A stretch of DNA of 64,000 nt from Patescibacteria group bacterium (GTDB lineage Bacteria > Patescibacteriota > Minisyncoccia > 2-02-FULL-40-12 > GWA2-44-9). The notes below the pieces were generated by a model. It saw only the letters and a list, made by a program, of their open reading frames with translations. It did no database searches and was not told the origin of the DNA. Both the position numbers and the translations under genes were made by a program. Below are positions 29,108 through 39,772 of this stretch, piece after piece (position 1 is the stretch's first letter; each line of letters begins with the position of its first letter). The stretch lies in NCBI GenBank assembly GCA_038064515.1, contig JBBTSY010000005.1, positions 50,093 to 114,092 of the forward strand, written 5' to 3'.

Positions 29108-30528
29108 GTGTGTCGAGGAAATAATACATCACCAGGTTTGATGGTAAGCGCGTCCCCTTCCCACACGATACGCTTGGTAATTTTTTCAGCGGTCTCCGGC
29201 ATGAATGGTTGGAGTAGAAACGCTACATTGTCCAGTAATGTGACCAGACTGAAAATGACATTCTTGTCTTCGCGTTTCCAGGCTTGTGTTGCATTTACAT
29301 ATGCGTCTCCGAATGCGAGCAATTCCCAAATGTGCGCAAGTGCCTCGTGAAGTTTGAACTGTCGTATCTTTTCATCAACAATCGCTTTTGTCTCCTTTAT
29401 TTTAAATTCAACTTTTTCAGTTACTTTTTCCTTTTCGGAGAATGTTTCTTTTGCGGCGAGTGTCAGCACGCGAGCAGTAAAATTACCAAGTCCATTTGCA
29501 AGATCGCTATTGTAGCGTTCTTTCAATTTTTCTTCGGAGAAATTACCATCTTCGCCATACGGAATTTCACGAAGCAAAAAATACCGGAGTACGTCAACGC
29601 CATATTTTTCAGCAAGACTAAGCGGATCGATGGCATTACCGAGGGATTTTGAGATCTTAACATTATCAACGGTAAAGAATCCATTCGCGACAATTTGTTT
29701 TGGAAGCGGCAATCCGGCAGAGAGAAGCATCGCAGGCCAGATTATGGCATGAAATCGGATAATATCTTTACCTACGGTTTGAATGTCAGCCGGATGCTCC
29801 TCCCACTGTTTCATTCCAATGCCAGAAATATAATTGATAAGCGCATCAAACCACACGTAGATTACGTGCTTTAGATCTGTTGGAACCGGGATTCCCCACT
29901 TTTGAGTTTCTCGAGAAATACTGAGATCATCGAGTCCTGCTTGAACAAAACTTTTTACTTCATGAAATCGACTTTCCGGAACAACAAAGTTTGGATGACT
30001 TTTATAAAACTCGAGAAGCTTATGCTGATATTTCGATAATCGAAAAAAGTAATTCTCCTCAACGAGGCGCTCTGGCTTTGTCTTGTGATCGGGACAAAGC
30101 TCATCAATGAGATCACTCTCTTTCATAAAAGCTTCGTGCCCCTTACAGTAGAGGCCCTCGTACTTTCCTTTATACATATCCCCTTTCTCATTGATTCGTT
30201 TCCAAATTTCCTCGACGACACTTCGATGACGCTCCTCCGTGGTGCGAATGAAATCGGTATTTGAGATCCCCAGTTTCTGCCATGTTTCTTTCCAAATCAC
30301 AGCGAGTCGATTCGTATACGCATCTATCGATTCCCCGCTTTTTTCCGCCGCAACAACCGTTTTCTGGGAATTCTCATCAGTGCCAGTAAGAAATGTGACG
30401 TCTCGCCCTTGAATACGGTTCAGGCGCGCAAGAACATCCGCCACGATTGTTGTGTAGGCGTGACCGATGTGTGGCCGATCATTTATGTAGTAGATCGGTG
30501 TTGTGATGTAGAATCTATTCTTCGACAT
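29104..30528 (-). CDS. metG: Methionyl-tRNA synthetase
   Basis: TTPIYYINDRPHIGHAYTTIVADV holds the HIGH motif. KISKSLGN is a KMSKS variant. A CxxC knuckle is also present. Confidence 0.9.
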   Translation of the reverse strand: MSKNRFYITTPIYYINDRPHIGHAYTTIVADVLARLNRIQGRDVTFLTGTDENSQKTVVAAEKSGESIDAYTNRLAVIWKETWQKLGISNTDFIRTTEERHRSVVEEIWKRINEKGDMYKGKYEGLYCKGHEAFMKESDLIDELCPDHKTKPERLVEENYFFRLSKYQHKLLEFYKSHPNFVVPESRFHEVKSFVQAGLDDLSISRETQKWGIPVPTDLKHVIYVWFDALINYISGIGMKQWEEHPADIQTVGKDIIRFHAIIWPAMLLSAGLPLPKQIVANGFFTVDNVKISKSLGNAIDPLSLAEKYGVDVLRYFLLREIPYGEDGNFSEEKLKERYNSDLANGLGNFTARVLTLAAKETFSEKEKVTEKVEFKIKETKAIVDEKIRQFKLHEALAHIWELLAFGDAYVNATQAWKREDKNVIFSLVTLLDNVAFLLQPFMPETAEKITKRIVWEGDALTIKPGDVLFPRHT

Positions 30529-31210
30529 ATTTCTTTTTATAGCCGGGTCCGATGACGATCACAAACTCGCCGAGGAGATTGTCTTTTTGAAGCTTATGCG
30601 CTACCTCCTCAACCGTACCTCGATAAATCGTTTCAAATTGCTTCGTCAGCTCCCGAGCAACCATGATCGGTCGCTCTCCCAAGTGGGATACACTCTTTAA
30701 AGCTTCCAAAGCTTTCACCATTCTATGCTTTGACTCGTAAAAAACAAGTGTTTCCTGATGCAGTACAATCTCTTTAAAAAAGGTTTGCCGACCTTTCTTG
30801 TGCGGCGGGAATCCCAAGTAGGTAAAGGTATCGGCGGGGAAACCGCTTATGCTCAATGCAGTAGTGGCGGCATTTGCGCCAGGAATAGGCACAATTCGAA
30901 GATTGGGTAATGCCTCTAAAATTTTCTGGATTAAGAATGCGCCCGGATCGTTGATTCCCGGAGTCCCCGCGTCCGACACGAGTGCCAATTTCTTGCCTTC
31001 ACTCAAGAGTCCAATAATTGTATCTATTTTCCGAAGGGTGCTGTGCTGATGGTAACTGACAATATCCTTCTTGATGTTGTACCGATCCAGAAGAATTCGC
31101 GTAACACGCGTATCTTCAGCGACGATGAGATCAGCCGCATGTAATGCGCTTACAGCTCGGACGGAGAGATCATCAAGATTTCCGATTGGTGTTGCGACTA
31201 CGTAGAGCAT
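30515..31210 (-). CDS. rsmI: 16S rRNA (cytidine1402-2'-O)-methyltransferase
   Basis: LYVVATPIGNLDDLSVRAVSALHAADLIVAEDTRVTRILL is the tetrapyrrole-methylase-type fold. The start was set to ATG 31210, abutting the upstream stop codon. Confidence 0.8.
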   Translation of the reverse strand: MLYVVATPIGNLDDLSVRAVSALHAADLIVAEDTRVTRILLDRYNIKKDIVSYHQHSTLRKIDTIIGLLSEGKKLALVSDAGTPGINDPGAFLIQKILEALPNLRIVPIPGANAATTALSISGFPADTFTYLGFPPHKKGRQTFFKEIVLHQETLVFYESKHRMVKALEALKSVSHLGERPIMVARELTKQFETIYRGTVEEVAHKLQKDNLLGEFVIVIGPGYKKKYVEE

Positions 31211-31211
31211 A

Positions 31212-32261
31212 TCATGCCGCAACGCGGCGAGATTCCTTATGCTTCGCCAGATCATCAATCATTTCGACGATAATGGTTGCAAGCGGAACACCCAAGATAG
31301 CTCCCGGAATTCCGGCAAGCTTCGCGCCAATAAGCAATGCGAGGATGACCACAACCGGATTGAGGCCGGTGGTCTTTCCGAGCACCAGTGGAACAAGGAT
31401 GTGATTTTCAATCTGTTGGACGGCGATAAATACGCCGAGCACCCACAGGCCTAGCGTCGGATTCTGCAAGAATGCAAACACCACGGCCGGAATAGCGGCC
31501 AGTACCGGGCCGGCAACGGGCACAATTTCAAGGATCATTGAGAGAATGCCGAATACAAGCGCAAATTTTACGCCCATCAATGAAAGGATAACGTACACCA
31601 TAAGCCCGACGATAAGCGCCAAGAGCATCTGCCCTTGAAGCCATCGCCCCACCTTCTGCTCGGAACGCTCCCAAAGATTAATAGCGTACGTTTCATATTT
31701 CTCGGGAACAACCGAAGAAAGGAAGCCCTCTACTCCGCGCTTCATCACCGAAAGATAGAACGAGATAATAATAATTCCTACGAATGAGAAAATGCCGCCG
31801 AATACACTGATAATAAATCCGATCGCCGATTGCGAGAACTGCTGAAGATAGTTACTAAACACATCGAGCATATTCTGCATCTCGCCGACAAAATCAAAAT
31901 ACCCAGGAGAGCCTTGTTGTACGGTATCAAGGGATGAAGAGAGTCTCTCCACGATTTTAGGAAATACGGTTGTCAGTTGCGACAATTCTTGAGAAACAAA
32001 CGGAATAATTAGCGAAAGGACGAATGCAAAAAGGCCAAAAACGGTTAGGTATAATAGAAGAACTCCCCAAAGGCGACCGATCCCCTTTTTCTCAAGCCAG
32101 GTGGCGAATGGTGAAATACCCGATGCAATAATAATCGCGAAAAATAGGATGATAAGAATGTCCTTTAAGAGATAGAGCAGGACAAAGAAGAGCACAATAA
32201 GAATAACTCTGAAAATACTTGCCGTTGAGATCTCTACGTGGATATGATTCTGGTCGGCCAT
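31212..32261 (-). CDS. AI-2E family (PerM/UPF0118) transporter
   Basis: A polytopic membrane protein with the family's characteristic length and helix pattern. Confidence 0.65.
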   Translation of the reverse strand: MADQNHIHVEISTASIFRVILIVLFFVLLYLLKDILIILFFAIIIASGISPFATWLEKKGIGRLWGVLLLYLTVFGLFAFVLSLIIPFVSQELSQLTTVFPKIVERLSSSLDTVQQGSPGYFDFVGEMQNMLDVFSNYLQQFSQSAIGFIISVFGGIFSFVGIIIISFYLSVMKRGVEGFLSSVVPEKYETYAINLWERSEQKVGRWLQGQMLLALIVGLMVYVILSLMGVKFALVFGILSMILEIVPVAGPVLAAIPAVVFAFLQNPTLGLWVLGVFIAVQQIENHILVPLVLGKTTGLNPVVVILALLIGAKLAGIPGAILGVPLATIIVEMIDDLAKHKESRRVAA

Positions 32262-32262
32262 G

Positions 32263-33546
32263 TTATATTTTTAATAGTCGCCTAAACGGCTCTTCATCTT
32301 TGAAGGGACCTATGAGAGCCAAATTGAGGTTTTTTCCATCAAATACTTCGCGCGCCACCTCGATAACCTCATCGCGTGTTACCAATTTAATCTTATCCAA
32401 TTCCTCCTCCGGCGTCAAAACACGATTTTCAAATAAGACCGATTCGGCGTACGACTCGGCGATATTATCCGATTCTTCAAGCGACAGGGCCATGTGGCCG
32501 GCAATCTGATCTTTCGCCTGCTGAAGTTCCTGTATCGTAATCCCCTCCTTCTTTACCTTGCGGATTTCTGCCAATATAACCTCAATCGATTCCAGCGCTT
32601 TTTTATTATTTACTCCGGCACTCACGCAGAAATAGCCTGAATCGGTATAGCAATGCTGGCCGGCGCGGATCGAATACGCCAAGCCGCGCTTCTCACGAAC
32701 TTCTTCCCACAAGCGTGAACTCGCTCCTCCGCCTAAAATAACACCAAGTAATCCAAGGGCATACTTTTTTTTGTCATACATGTGATACGCCCTAAATCCA
32801 AGATCAAGGGTGGTCTGGTCAGTCTTCTTATATTCAAGCAAAAGTGCGGGCTTTTCTTGGGATTCTTTCGTGGCGGGCTTGATCACCGAGGAACCATGGC
32901 GAATCGTAGAAGAATACCGTTCCGCTTTTTCTCGTACGTCATCCGGCTTAATATTTCCGGCTACGGCGACTACGGTATTCTCCGCGATGTAGTGCGTATT
33001 AAAGTATTCCATGAAATCTTTCCGCTCCAGCTTTTTAATAATTTCTTTAGTACCGGCAATATCCCATCCGGCTGGCTGATCGCCGTACAGAAGCCGCTCA
33101 AAGAGATCGCCGACATGCCGTGACGGCACATCATTACACATATTAATCTCTTCAATGATGACGCCCTTCTCCGTCTGGATATCGGCATCGTCCAGCTTAG
33201 AGTTGAGATAAATATCGAACACGACATCCATGAGCGAATCGAGCTTCAAAGCACTCGCCTTCGCATAGTAGCCGGTATATTCTTTGGTTGTAAACGCATT
33301 GTATTCGGCACCGAATGAATCAAGCTCGCGGGCAATGTCCATTTTTCCCGGACGCTTGGTCGTCCCCTTGAACACCATGTGCTCAAGGAAATGAGCGATG
33401 CCGTTATTTTCCTTTGTCTCATACTTTGATCCGGTTCCCACCAGAACATAGACTGCCACTGTCTTGGTCCCTTTCATCGGAACCGATACCAGCCGAAGGC
33501 CGGATTCAAAAGTATGAAACTGATAATTAGGATTTTTCTTGGTCAT
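32263..33546 (-). CDS. M16-family (insulinase-like) zinc peptidase
   Basis: GIAHFLEHMVFKGT contains the inverted HxxEH zinc motif. Confidence 0.8.
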   Translation of the reverse strand: MTKKNPNYQFHTFESGLRLVSVPMKGTKTVAVYVLVGTGSKYETKENNGIAHFLEHMVFKGTTKRPGKMDIARELDSFGAEYNAFTTKEYTGYYAKASALKLDSLMDVVFDIYLNSKLDDADIQTEKGVIIEEINMCNDVPSRHVGDLFERLLYGDQPAGWDIAGTKEIIKKLERKDFMEYFNTHYIAENTVVAVAGNIKPDDVREKAERYSSTIRHGSSVIKPATKESQEKPALLLEYKKTDQTTLDLGFRAYHMYDKKKYALGLLGVILGGGASSRLWEEVREKRGLAYSIRAGQHCYTDSGYFCVSAGVNNKKALESIEVILAEIRKVKKEGITIQELQQAKDQIAGHMALSLEESDNIAESYAESVLFENRVLTPEEELDKIKLVTRDEVIEVAREVFDGKNLNLALIGPFKDEEPFRRLLKI

Positions 33547-33560
33547 ATCAAAAGCTTGAA

Positions 33561-33635
33561 TGGTGCCGGTGGGAAGAGTCGAACTTCCGTTTGATCGTTA
33601 TGAGTGACCCGTTCTAACCGTTGAACTACGCCGGC
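33561..33635 (-). tRNA. tRNA with CAT anticodon (elongator Met or lysidine-modified Ile2), CCA encoded
   Basis: The sequence GCCGGCG-TA-GTTC-AACGGTTA-GAAC-G-GGTCA-CTCATAA-CGATC-AAAC-GGAAG-TTCGACT-CTTCC-CACCGGC-A-CCA folds as a cloverleaf. It lacks the three G-C pairs expected in an initiator anticodon stem. Confidence 0.8.
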
Positions 33636-33741
33636 GCATCATATATAAAGCACCTGAATTCTACATGAAAGCTCGGGTTTTTTCAATAAATACAGCTTGC
33701 CAGTAATAATCTAATAGGATATAATCACTAGGTCATTATAT

Positions 33742-33812
33742 CGCGGGGTAGAGAAACGGCATCTTGCAGGGCTCATAACCCTGAGTTCCGGGTTCGAATC
33801 CCGGCCCCGCAA
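33742..33812 (+). tRNA. Initiator tRNA-fMet (CAT)
   Basis: CGCGGGG-TA-GAGA-AACGGCA-TCTT-G-CAGGG-CTCATAA-CCCTG-AGTT-CCGGG-TTCGAAT-CCCGG-CCCCGCA-A. The C1:A72 mismatch and three consecutive G-C pairs in the anticodon stem are the bacterial initiator hallmarks. Confidence 0.85.
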
Positions 33813-33816
33813 CATT

Positions 33817-33859
33817 AAGTAAATCAAGGCCACCCTTCTGGGGTGGTTTTGATTTACTT
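33817..33859. terminator. Long hairpin immediately 3' of tRNA-fMet
   Basis: aagtaaatcaaggccaccc-ttct-ggggtggttttgatttactt gives ~19 bp of pairing. Confidence 0.55.
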
Positions 33860-33962
33860 CCATGTCTGCGGAGGGAGCGAGATACTTGAGTATCTCGCGT
33901 CGGGATTCGAAAGCCGGAGCAATGCCGTATGAGCAATTGGCGAATCGCAAAAAGTTTTCTTT

Positions 33963-34496
33963 CTACTTCTGTAATAAAATCTGGCCGACATTCACGGCCG
34001 CACCGCAGTTAAGATTAAGGGTCTTGGGCAATACGGCACTGCTGACAGTTACAAGCTTATACCCGTAGCCGCCCAGGGAATGCTGAACTCCCCCTACCGT
34101 AACAATGCGCGCGTCGCCGGAACGATTATCGAGCATGATCGTGGTATCGTTCTTAAATGTGGCGCTTCTTGGATTTGCCTGACAATACTGATCGAATTGA
34201 ATCCGCTTTCCGACATACTGATCAACAAGCTGGCCATACGTACCGGCGGACACCGTTGCTTTAGGAGTTGCTTTTACCGAAGACTTCGGTGTTGCGCTTG
34301 TGGATATGCTCGGAGTAGGAGAAGAAGAGACTAAAGTCAATGGGCCTAAGTTCAGATTATCTACGAGCTTCTTTATAGAACCGTCCTTCTGCTGAATCGC
34401 CCAGAAAGCAATCAGCGCCGCCACCACAACCGCTCCCCACAAATATTGTTTTTTCATAGTTTGGGCGTTCGAGAGAAAAAGTAACTGCTCCCGCAC
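33963..34496 (-). CDS. Hypothetical secreted protein (signal/TM, Thr/Ser-rich linker)
   Basis: The composition is the only evidence. Confidence 0.4.
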   Translation of the reverse strand: MREQLLFLSNAQTMKKQYLWGAVVVAALIAFWAIQQKDGSIKKLVDNLNLGPLTLVSSSPTPSISTSATPKSSVKATPKATVSAGTYGQLVDQYVGKRIQFDQYCQANPRSATFKNDTTIMLDNRSGDARIVTVGGVQHSLGGYGYKLVTVSSAVLPKTLNLNCGAAVNVGQILLQK

Positions 34497-34554
34497 GCGA
34501 TATCTATATATTATACAACATTTCAGAAACTACGAAGAGAGAATGTTGATAAAC

Positions 34555-36369
34555 CTAGAAGGCTGGCGTAGGAGTAATCGGTGGCGCCGGAGAAGAAGAG
34601 GGCATCACGCCGCCCGTGCCCACAAGATATCGGGCCGGCCAGCGGCGGTAATAACTCCTGAATTCTTGAGTCTTCACTTTGCCGTCCGGATACGTAACGG
34701 AGTATATGGCCACGGCGCTGCCTCCGGCATGCGCTGTTTCAATCTGCTTGGTTACTCCCGCCGGCAAAGTATCCGTCTCTGCATAAATCGGATCTCCTGC
34801 AGGAATAGTGCTAAGAAGCGTCGGACCTTTTATGCTCGCTTTACGCCCATCATGCGTACCATACAGTTCAAACGTTAAAGTATCTCGAAGTACATACGCA
34901 TATATAAGAATGGTGGCACTGGTATCATTTTTGAATTTGAGATCCGGATTAGGCTGGTAGATCGTCGCATCTAGACCGGGACCGATATAGCGGCCAGCGC
35001 CGTCCTTTTCATAATATGAGACTCGATAGCTGTGGTTTTGGCGGGCAGTAATCGGTAAACCCGCGTTGAGAATGGCTCGGAAAAGCGTTGTGGAAACTTG
35101 GCATAATCCTCCGCCAAATTCAGGAATCGTCCGATTCTCTTTAATTACAAGTTCGGGAAGATAGCCGGTGGTGTTATCAACTGTGCCCAGCGTTTTAATC
35201 GTCGAAAATTCTTCTCCGGGCGGCACCAATATGCCCGATAAGAAGCGGACGCCGTTTTGAATATTGCTCCTGCGATTAGCCGGACTGCCCGCAAATGTGG
35301 TAGTGGCTTTGCCAAGCAGTTCGACAATGCCCTGGGGTCCGTTAATTACATTGGAAACCGGCTTCGTTGTTTTTATCGGCATCACAATCGCAGTCTTGGA
35401 AGCTGGCTTCGTGCGGCGAAGCTCTATCTCGGCAATGATAAGATCAATCGTGCGATCCTCCTCAAGCGCTTGTCCCGAACGAGGCGGCCTGAATTCCGAT
35501 ACTTTTCCGTCTTCGATTCGTATCACCGGCTGTTGAGCCACTATATTCAGCTGACTCGCCAAAGTGGTGACATACTGCGCAATCCTCTCTCGATCAGCGG
35601 CCGGCACCAAATTATTCTCATCGGAACCAGATTTAATCCATTGGCCCAGTTGAGATTGGGAGATGGTAAATGATTCAGTTTCGGCTTGGAGCTGTAAAGG
35701 AGCGGCGAGTATACGCTTAGCTTGGCGTTGAGCTTCCGTAATTGATGCCGAATTGCGTACTGGTATGTCATCTTGAAGCGTAAGGACGATGGGCATCAGA
35801 TTGAGCTGTGCCATTGATGCCTTTGTCGCCGCTACTGCTTGATCACGATTGATAATTTGCCCCACTTTTGTATCGGTTAAAACCGCAACCTGCGTTCCTT
35901 CAATTTTAAATCGAATGTCTTTACCTGGATTATCAAAAATTTCTGCAATGGCGTTAATCTGTTCCTGCAACGCTTCCGCATCTATTACAAGTTCCGTCTC
36001 CGCAAAGGTGTTCAGAAATGGGGCGCGCAACCGAGCCCACAATTGAGTGCGCCAATCTCCCTCCCGACCGACGGTAAAAGCGCGAGCGACGAACCTTTCC
36101 GCACCCATATCCGCGTTAATTTCGTCTAAAGGAATGGATTCTGACTTTTCCCCCACCTGCAAAATCACGCCTTGCTCGCGAAAGGATTGCAAATGACTTT
36201 CGACGGCCCGTACCGCATCGGCGCGGTTTAAACTACCCACGGGAACAATTCCGATTGAAACGCGAGGAAATATTTTGCCCGCATACGCAAGCGAATATGC
36301 GCCAAAAGCGCCGCCAATGACGGCGACGGCGATGAGGACAGCCATGATGAGTTTCCGAAGGGTATCCAT
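34555..36369 (-). CDS. VanW-domain membrane-anchored protein
   Basis: EFGGGLCQVSTTLFRAILNAGLPITARQNHSYRVSYYE matches the VanW core. There is an N-terminal TM and a C-terminal PT-rich tail. Confidence 0.7.
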   Translation of the reverse strand: MDTLRKLIMAVLIAVAVIGGAFGAYSLAYAGKIFPRVSIGIVPVGSLNRADAVRAVESHLQSFREQGVILQVGEKSESIPLDEINADMGAERFVARAFTVGREGDWRTQLWARLRAPFLNTFAETELVIDAEALQEQINAIAEIFDNPGKDIRFKIEGTQVAVLTDTKVGQIINRDQAVAATKASMAQLNLMPIVLTLQDDIPVRNSASITEAQRQAKRILAAPLQLQAETESFTISQSQLGQWIKSGSDENNLVPAADRERIAQYVTTLASQLNIVAQQPVIRIEDGKVSEFRPPRSGQALEEDRTIDLIIAEIELRRTKPASKTAIVMPIKTTKPVSNVINGPQGIVELLGKATTTFAGSPANRRSNIQNGVRFLSGILVPPGEEFSTIKTLGTVDNTTGYLPELVIKENRTIPEFGGGLCQVSTTLFRAILNAGLPITARQNHSYRVSYYEKDGAGRYIGPGLDATIYQPNPDLKFKNDTSATILIYAYVLRDTLTFELYGTHDGRKASIKGPTLLSTIPAGDPIYAETDTLPAGVTKQIETAHAGGSAVAIYSVTYPDGKVKTQEFRSYYRRWPARYLVGTGGVMPSSSPAPPITPTPAF

Positions 36370-36371
36370 CG

Positions 36372-37049
36372 TTATATTGCTCCCAGTTCTTTCAGCGCCA
36401 TCCGATATTGATCAACGGCATGCTTAGCTTCAGTATAGCGAAGAAAATAGTTGAAGTCATGCGCTATGTGATTTCGAACCTTATGAGCTTCCCAAAGGCT
36501 GTCGAGACTTTGAAGCTGATCTTGATTCATAAGTGTTAATCTCTCTCCCAGCGTATCGCCGGGAAATCCGCTTTTCTTCAAAACCTGCTCGATCAACTTA
36601 TCCGCTTCGATAATCGCAAACTTCCACTCGGCTTCTTTAACTGAATCCATATGCCTCATAATTTCTTCCCAGCGCGATATCATTGGACCTCCCGCCGCCG
36701 GTTCCGGCGGACTAATCTCGCTTGCAAGTCCCGCAAGTGAAGATTCTTTCTGATTGAGTGGCCTCAAACGAAGCCAGATTGACATAAAAAGAATCACAAG
36801 AATAAGCGAAACGAAAAAGGAAATAGTCTTCAGTATCTCTACGAAATTATACGGCAAGCCATAGATCCAGTCTCCTGCGTTGATGTCACCCAAACGATAC
36901 TCGCCAAAACCGGCAGAAGCGACATTGAAAGCCGCATAGCCTTTCAATAATCCGTCTCGCGTAGCGACAAAAACATGATCAATTCCCGGGTGGGCGAGGC
37001 TAAACGCCTCATTAAGCATCGCGTTGGGATCTAGGTTGAGGTTAATCAT
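36372..37049 (-). CDS. Hypothetical membrane protein
   Basis: One internal TM segment. The stop overlaps the gatA start. Confidence 0.4.
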   Translation of the reverse strand: MINLNLDPNAMLNEAFSLAHPGIDHVFVATRDGLLKGYAAFNVASAGFGEYRLGDINAGDWIYGLPYNFVEILKTISFFVSLILVILFMSIWLRLRPLNQKESSLAGLASEISPPEPAAGGPMISRWEEIMRHMDSVKEAEWKFAIIEADKLIEQVLKKSGFPGDTLGERLTLMNQDQLQSLDSLWEAHKVRNHIAHDFNYFLRYTEAKHAVDQYRMALKELGAI

Positions 37050-38455
37050 ACAAGCGCTCGTTCGAGGTTCGCCGCCGCTTGCAGGACGGTTCCCTCGTCA
37101 AAAAGTTTACCGATAATTTGAAATCCTACGGGCAGATTGCTTTCTGATCCCATTCCGCACGGAATGGAGATCGCCGGCAAACCGGCAAGGTTAACCGGCA
37201 CCGTATATATATCGGAAAGATACATCGCCAGAGGATCTTCCGATTTCTCACCGGCCTTGAACGCTACGGTCGGAGCAGTGGGACCTACGATCACGTCTAC
37301 ACTCCTGAATGCTTCGTCAAAATCTTTTTTTATCAGCGCCCGGACCTTCTGGGCCTTCAGGTAATAGGCATCATAGTACCCGGAAGAAAGCGCATACGTG
37401 CCGAGCATAATTCGGCGCTTCGGTTCGGCGCCAAAGCCTTCCGCGCGAGATGCCAAGTACGTATCAAGGAGCGCCTCCCCCTTCTGCGACGAATGGCCGT
37501 AACGGATGCCATCAAAGCGAGCAAGATTCGCCGATACTTCAGACGGCATAATAATGTAGTAGACCGCGAGAGCGTACTCTGTATGGGGTAATGATATTTC
37601 ATGAATAGTCGCTCCCGCTTCCCGAAGCAGTTCGATGGAAGTCAGAACCTTCGCTGACACTTCTTTATCTAATCCTCCTCCAAAAAATTCTTTGGGCACT
37701 CCTACGCGCAATCCTTTGATATCTTTTTCTAAATTTATGGCAAAATCAGGCATGTCTCGGGAAACCGTCGTCGAATCAAATATATCATGGCCGGCAATGG
37801 CATTCATAACTAATGCCGCATCGGCCACGGTTTTTGTAATCGGCCCGATCTGATCCAGCGAAGAAGCCATGGCAATCAACCCGTGCCGTGAAACACGGCC
37901 ATATGTCGGTTTTAATCCCACCACGCCACAGAATGCGGCTGGCTGACGAATCGAACCACCGGTATCAGAACCGAGCGCAAAGACACAAAGATCCGCCGCC
38001 ACGGCCGCCGCCGATCCGCCGGAAGAACCGCCTGGGACCCGGGAAACATCCAACGGGTTTTTCACCGTGCCGAAGGCGGAGTTTTCCGTGGACGATCCCA
38101 TGGCAAATTCATCCATGTTTGTTTTTCCCAAAAATGAAACGCCGGCTTTTTTTAATTTCTTAATCGCCGTCGCGTCGTATGCCGAAACATAATTCTCCAG
38201 AATCTTTGATCCGGCGGTGGCAATTTCCCCTTCTATCAGCATGTTGTCCTTAATAGCGCATGGCACTCCCGCTAAATCGCCCTCCCTGGCCGGGTAGGCC
38301 CCATGCTCTGCGAATTTAAAAGTAGAGAGGTATGCGTTCAAATCTTTCTTTTCCTCGATCTTTTTTTGATACTCATCAAAAATTTCCCGTGCTGAAAAAT
38401 CGCCTACGGCGATGCCCTTGCGAGCGGATTCGATAGTGTGTCCGATGTCTGCCAT
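37046..38455 (-). CDS. gatA: Glu-tRNA(Gln)/Asp-tRNA(Asn) amidotransferase subunit A
   Basis: The amidase signature [13 protein letters not shown] is present and the length is 469 aa. Confidence 0.9.
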   Translation of the reverse strand: MADIGHTIESARKGIAVGDFSAREIFDEYQKKIEEKKDLNAYLSTFKFAEHGAYPAREGDLAGVPCAIKDNMLIEGEIATAGSKILENYVSAYDATAIKKLKKAGVSFLGKTNMDEFAMGSSTENSAFGTVKNPLDVSRVPGGSSGGSAAAVAADLCVFALGSDTGGSIRQPAAFCGVVGLKPTYGRVSRHGLIAMASSLDQIGPITKTVADAALVMNAIAGHDIFDSTTVSRDMPDFAINLEKDIKGLRVGVPKEFFGGGLDKEVSAKVLTSIELLREAGATIHEISLPHTEYALAVYYIIMPSEVSANLARFDGIRYGHSSQKGEALLDTYLASRAEGFGAEPKRRIMLGTYALSSGYYDAYYLKAQKVRALIKKDFDEAFRSVDVIVGPTAPTVAFKAGEKSEDPLAMYLSDIYTVPVNLAGLPAISIPCGMGSESNLPVGFQIIGKLFDEGTVLQAAANLERALV

Positions 38456-38757
38456 TATTTTCTCAAAACTGGCTTAACTTTTACAAAATGACCTTTGGTA
38501 TCTGGCACCTGACCAATTAACAACTCGTTGAGTTTCTCATCCATGATAAATGAAGGGCGCGACTCATCAGGACGGAGGACATTCACTAAGCCGGTCGTTT
38601 GATAGAGCGGCGCCACCTGTTCCGTATCCACTCGTTTAAGTGTTTCAATGTAATCCAAAATCGAAGAGAGCTCTTTTTTGAACTTTTCTTCTTCCTGACT
38701 CGTCAACTTGATACGCGCCAGCGTGGCGATATGTTGGACTTCCTTATCGGAAAGCAT
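38455..38757 (-). CDS. gatC: Amidotransferase subunit C
   Basis: [40 protein letters not shown]. The start was trimmed to the internal Met. Confidence 0.75.
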   Translation of the reverse strand: MLSDKEVQHIATLARIKLTSQEEEKFKKELSSILDYIETLKRVDTEQVAPLYQTTGLVNVLRPDESRPSFIMDEKLNELLIGQVPDTKGHFVKVKPVLRK

Positions 38758-39772
38758 GATTAGTGATGTTGTTGATTTCCTCCACGATACCATAACTGTT
38801 GCAGTGTTTCAAAACGCCGAGGTATGATTGGAGCGACTGTTTCGGAACTCCAGCTGTGACACTTCTCAAAATCCTCTTTTTTGTCTTCGTCCGCAACGTC
38901 CGGCAGTATGGCCGCACGACATATCCAAGAAAATCAATTCCTTGCCGATAACTTCGTACAATAATCTTCTCGGGGTGCAGGGTAAGCTTAAGCTTATGCT
39001 CAAGAAATTCCCGGAATAACGAAACGAAAATAACTGCTTCATCACGACTCTCGATAAGTATAATGAAGTCGTCGCAATACCGAATGTAACAATGGAGCTT
39101 CAGCGTGTGCTTTGCAAACTGATCCAGTTCATTCAAATATATATTTGCAAAAAGCTGGCTAGTTACATTCCCAAGTGGCAATCCTCTTCTGCTCTCCTTT
39201 TCAAAACTTTCTAAGATGCGCCGCACAAGCCACATCACGTCAGGATCAGCCACTCTTTGTTCCATCAAGCGAAACAGAATTTCGTGATCGATAGAATCAA
39301 AAAACTTCTGTACGTCGCATTTCAGAGCAAAAATGTTTTTGCGATTATTTCTACTGAACTTGCGAGCAAACTCTTCTAACCGCGTAACACCGCGATGGGT
39401 TCCTTTACCCACCCGGCATGCGTAGGAATCAAAAATAAACAAACGGTCAAAGAGTGGGTACAAAACTCTGAAAATGGCCCGATGCAATACCCGATCACGA
39501 ACCGTAGCTTTGTGGATATGCCGCAGTTTTGGATCAGTCACATAAAATGGCGTATACTGACCGTGGGTGTATCGCCTATTCTGTAACTGTTCGTGCAAAC
39601 TAAAGAGTTCGTCTTCTAACGCGAAGGTAAATGCTTGTACATCGTGTCTTGATTGTTTGCATCGTTTGAATTCTTGCCACGCTGATACCAGATTCTCCAG
39701 GCTCGAGATTTGATTAAATAAACTATGTCCCTCATTAAGCCCCCCCCCAAGGATTCCGTTCCCCTCATTCAT
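38744..39772 (-). CDS. Diversity-generating retroelement reverse transcriptase
   Basis: VRDRVLHRAIFRVLYPLFDRLFIFDSYACRVGKGTHRG is the DGR-RT hallmark of the (fxDRVVxHA...SYAxRxGKGTH) type. Fingers/palm motifs include RYCDDFIIL (YxDD). The size is 342 aa. Confidence 0.85.
   Translation of the reverse strand: MNEGNGILGGGLNEGHSLFNQISSLENLVSAWQEFKRCKQSRHDVQAFTFALEDELFSLHEQLQNRRYTHGQYTPFYVTDPKLRHIHKATVRDRVLHRAIFRVLYPLFDRLFIFDSYACRVGKGTHRGVTRLEEFARKFSRNNRKNIFALKCDVQKFFDSIDHEILFRLMEQRVADPDVMWLVRRILESFEKESRRGLPLGNVTSQLFANIYLNELDQFAKHTLKLHCYIRYCDDFIILIESRDEAVIFVSLFREFLEHKLKLTLHPEKIIVRSYRQGIDFLGYVVRPYCRTLRTKTKKRILRSVTAGVPKQSLQSYLGVLKHCNSYGIVEEINNITNHAFR

Noticed and set aside
33863-33962. tRNA-like sequence (gggattcgaaagccgg, 9-bp perfect hairpin gcgagatac-ttgag-gtatctcgc) next to the two Met tRNAs
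   Set aside because: I could not fold it into a cloverleaf on either strand, as there are no paired acceptor or T arms. It is more likely a terminator or processing hairpin for the adjacent minus-strand gene.
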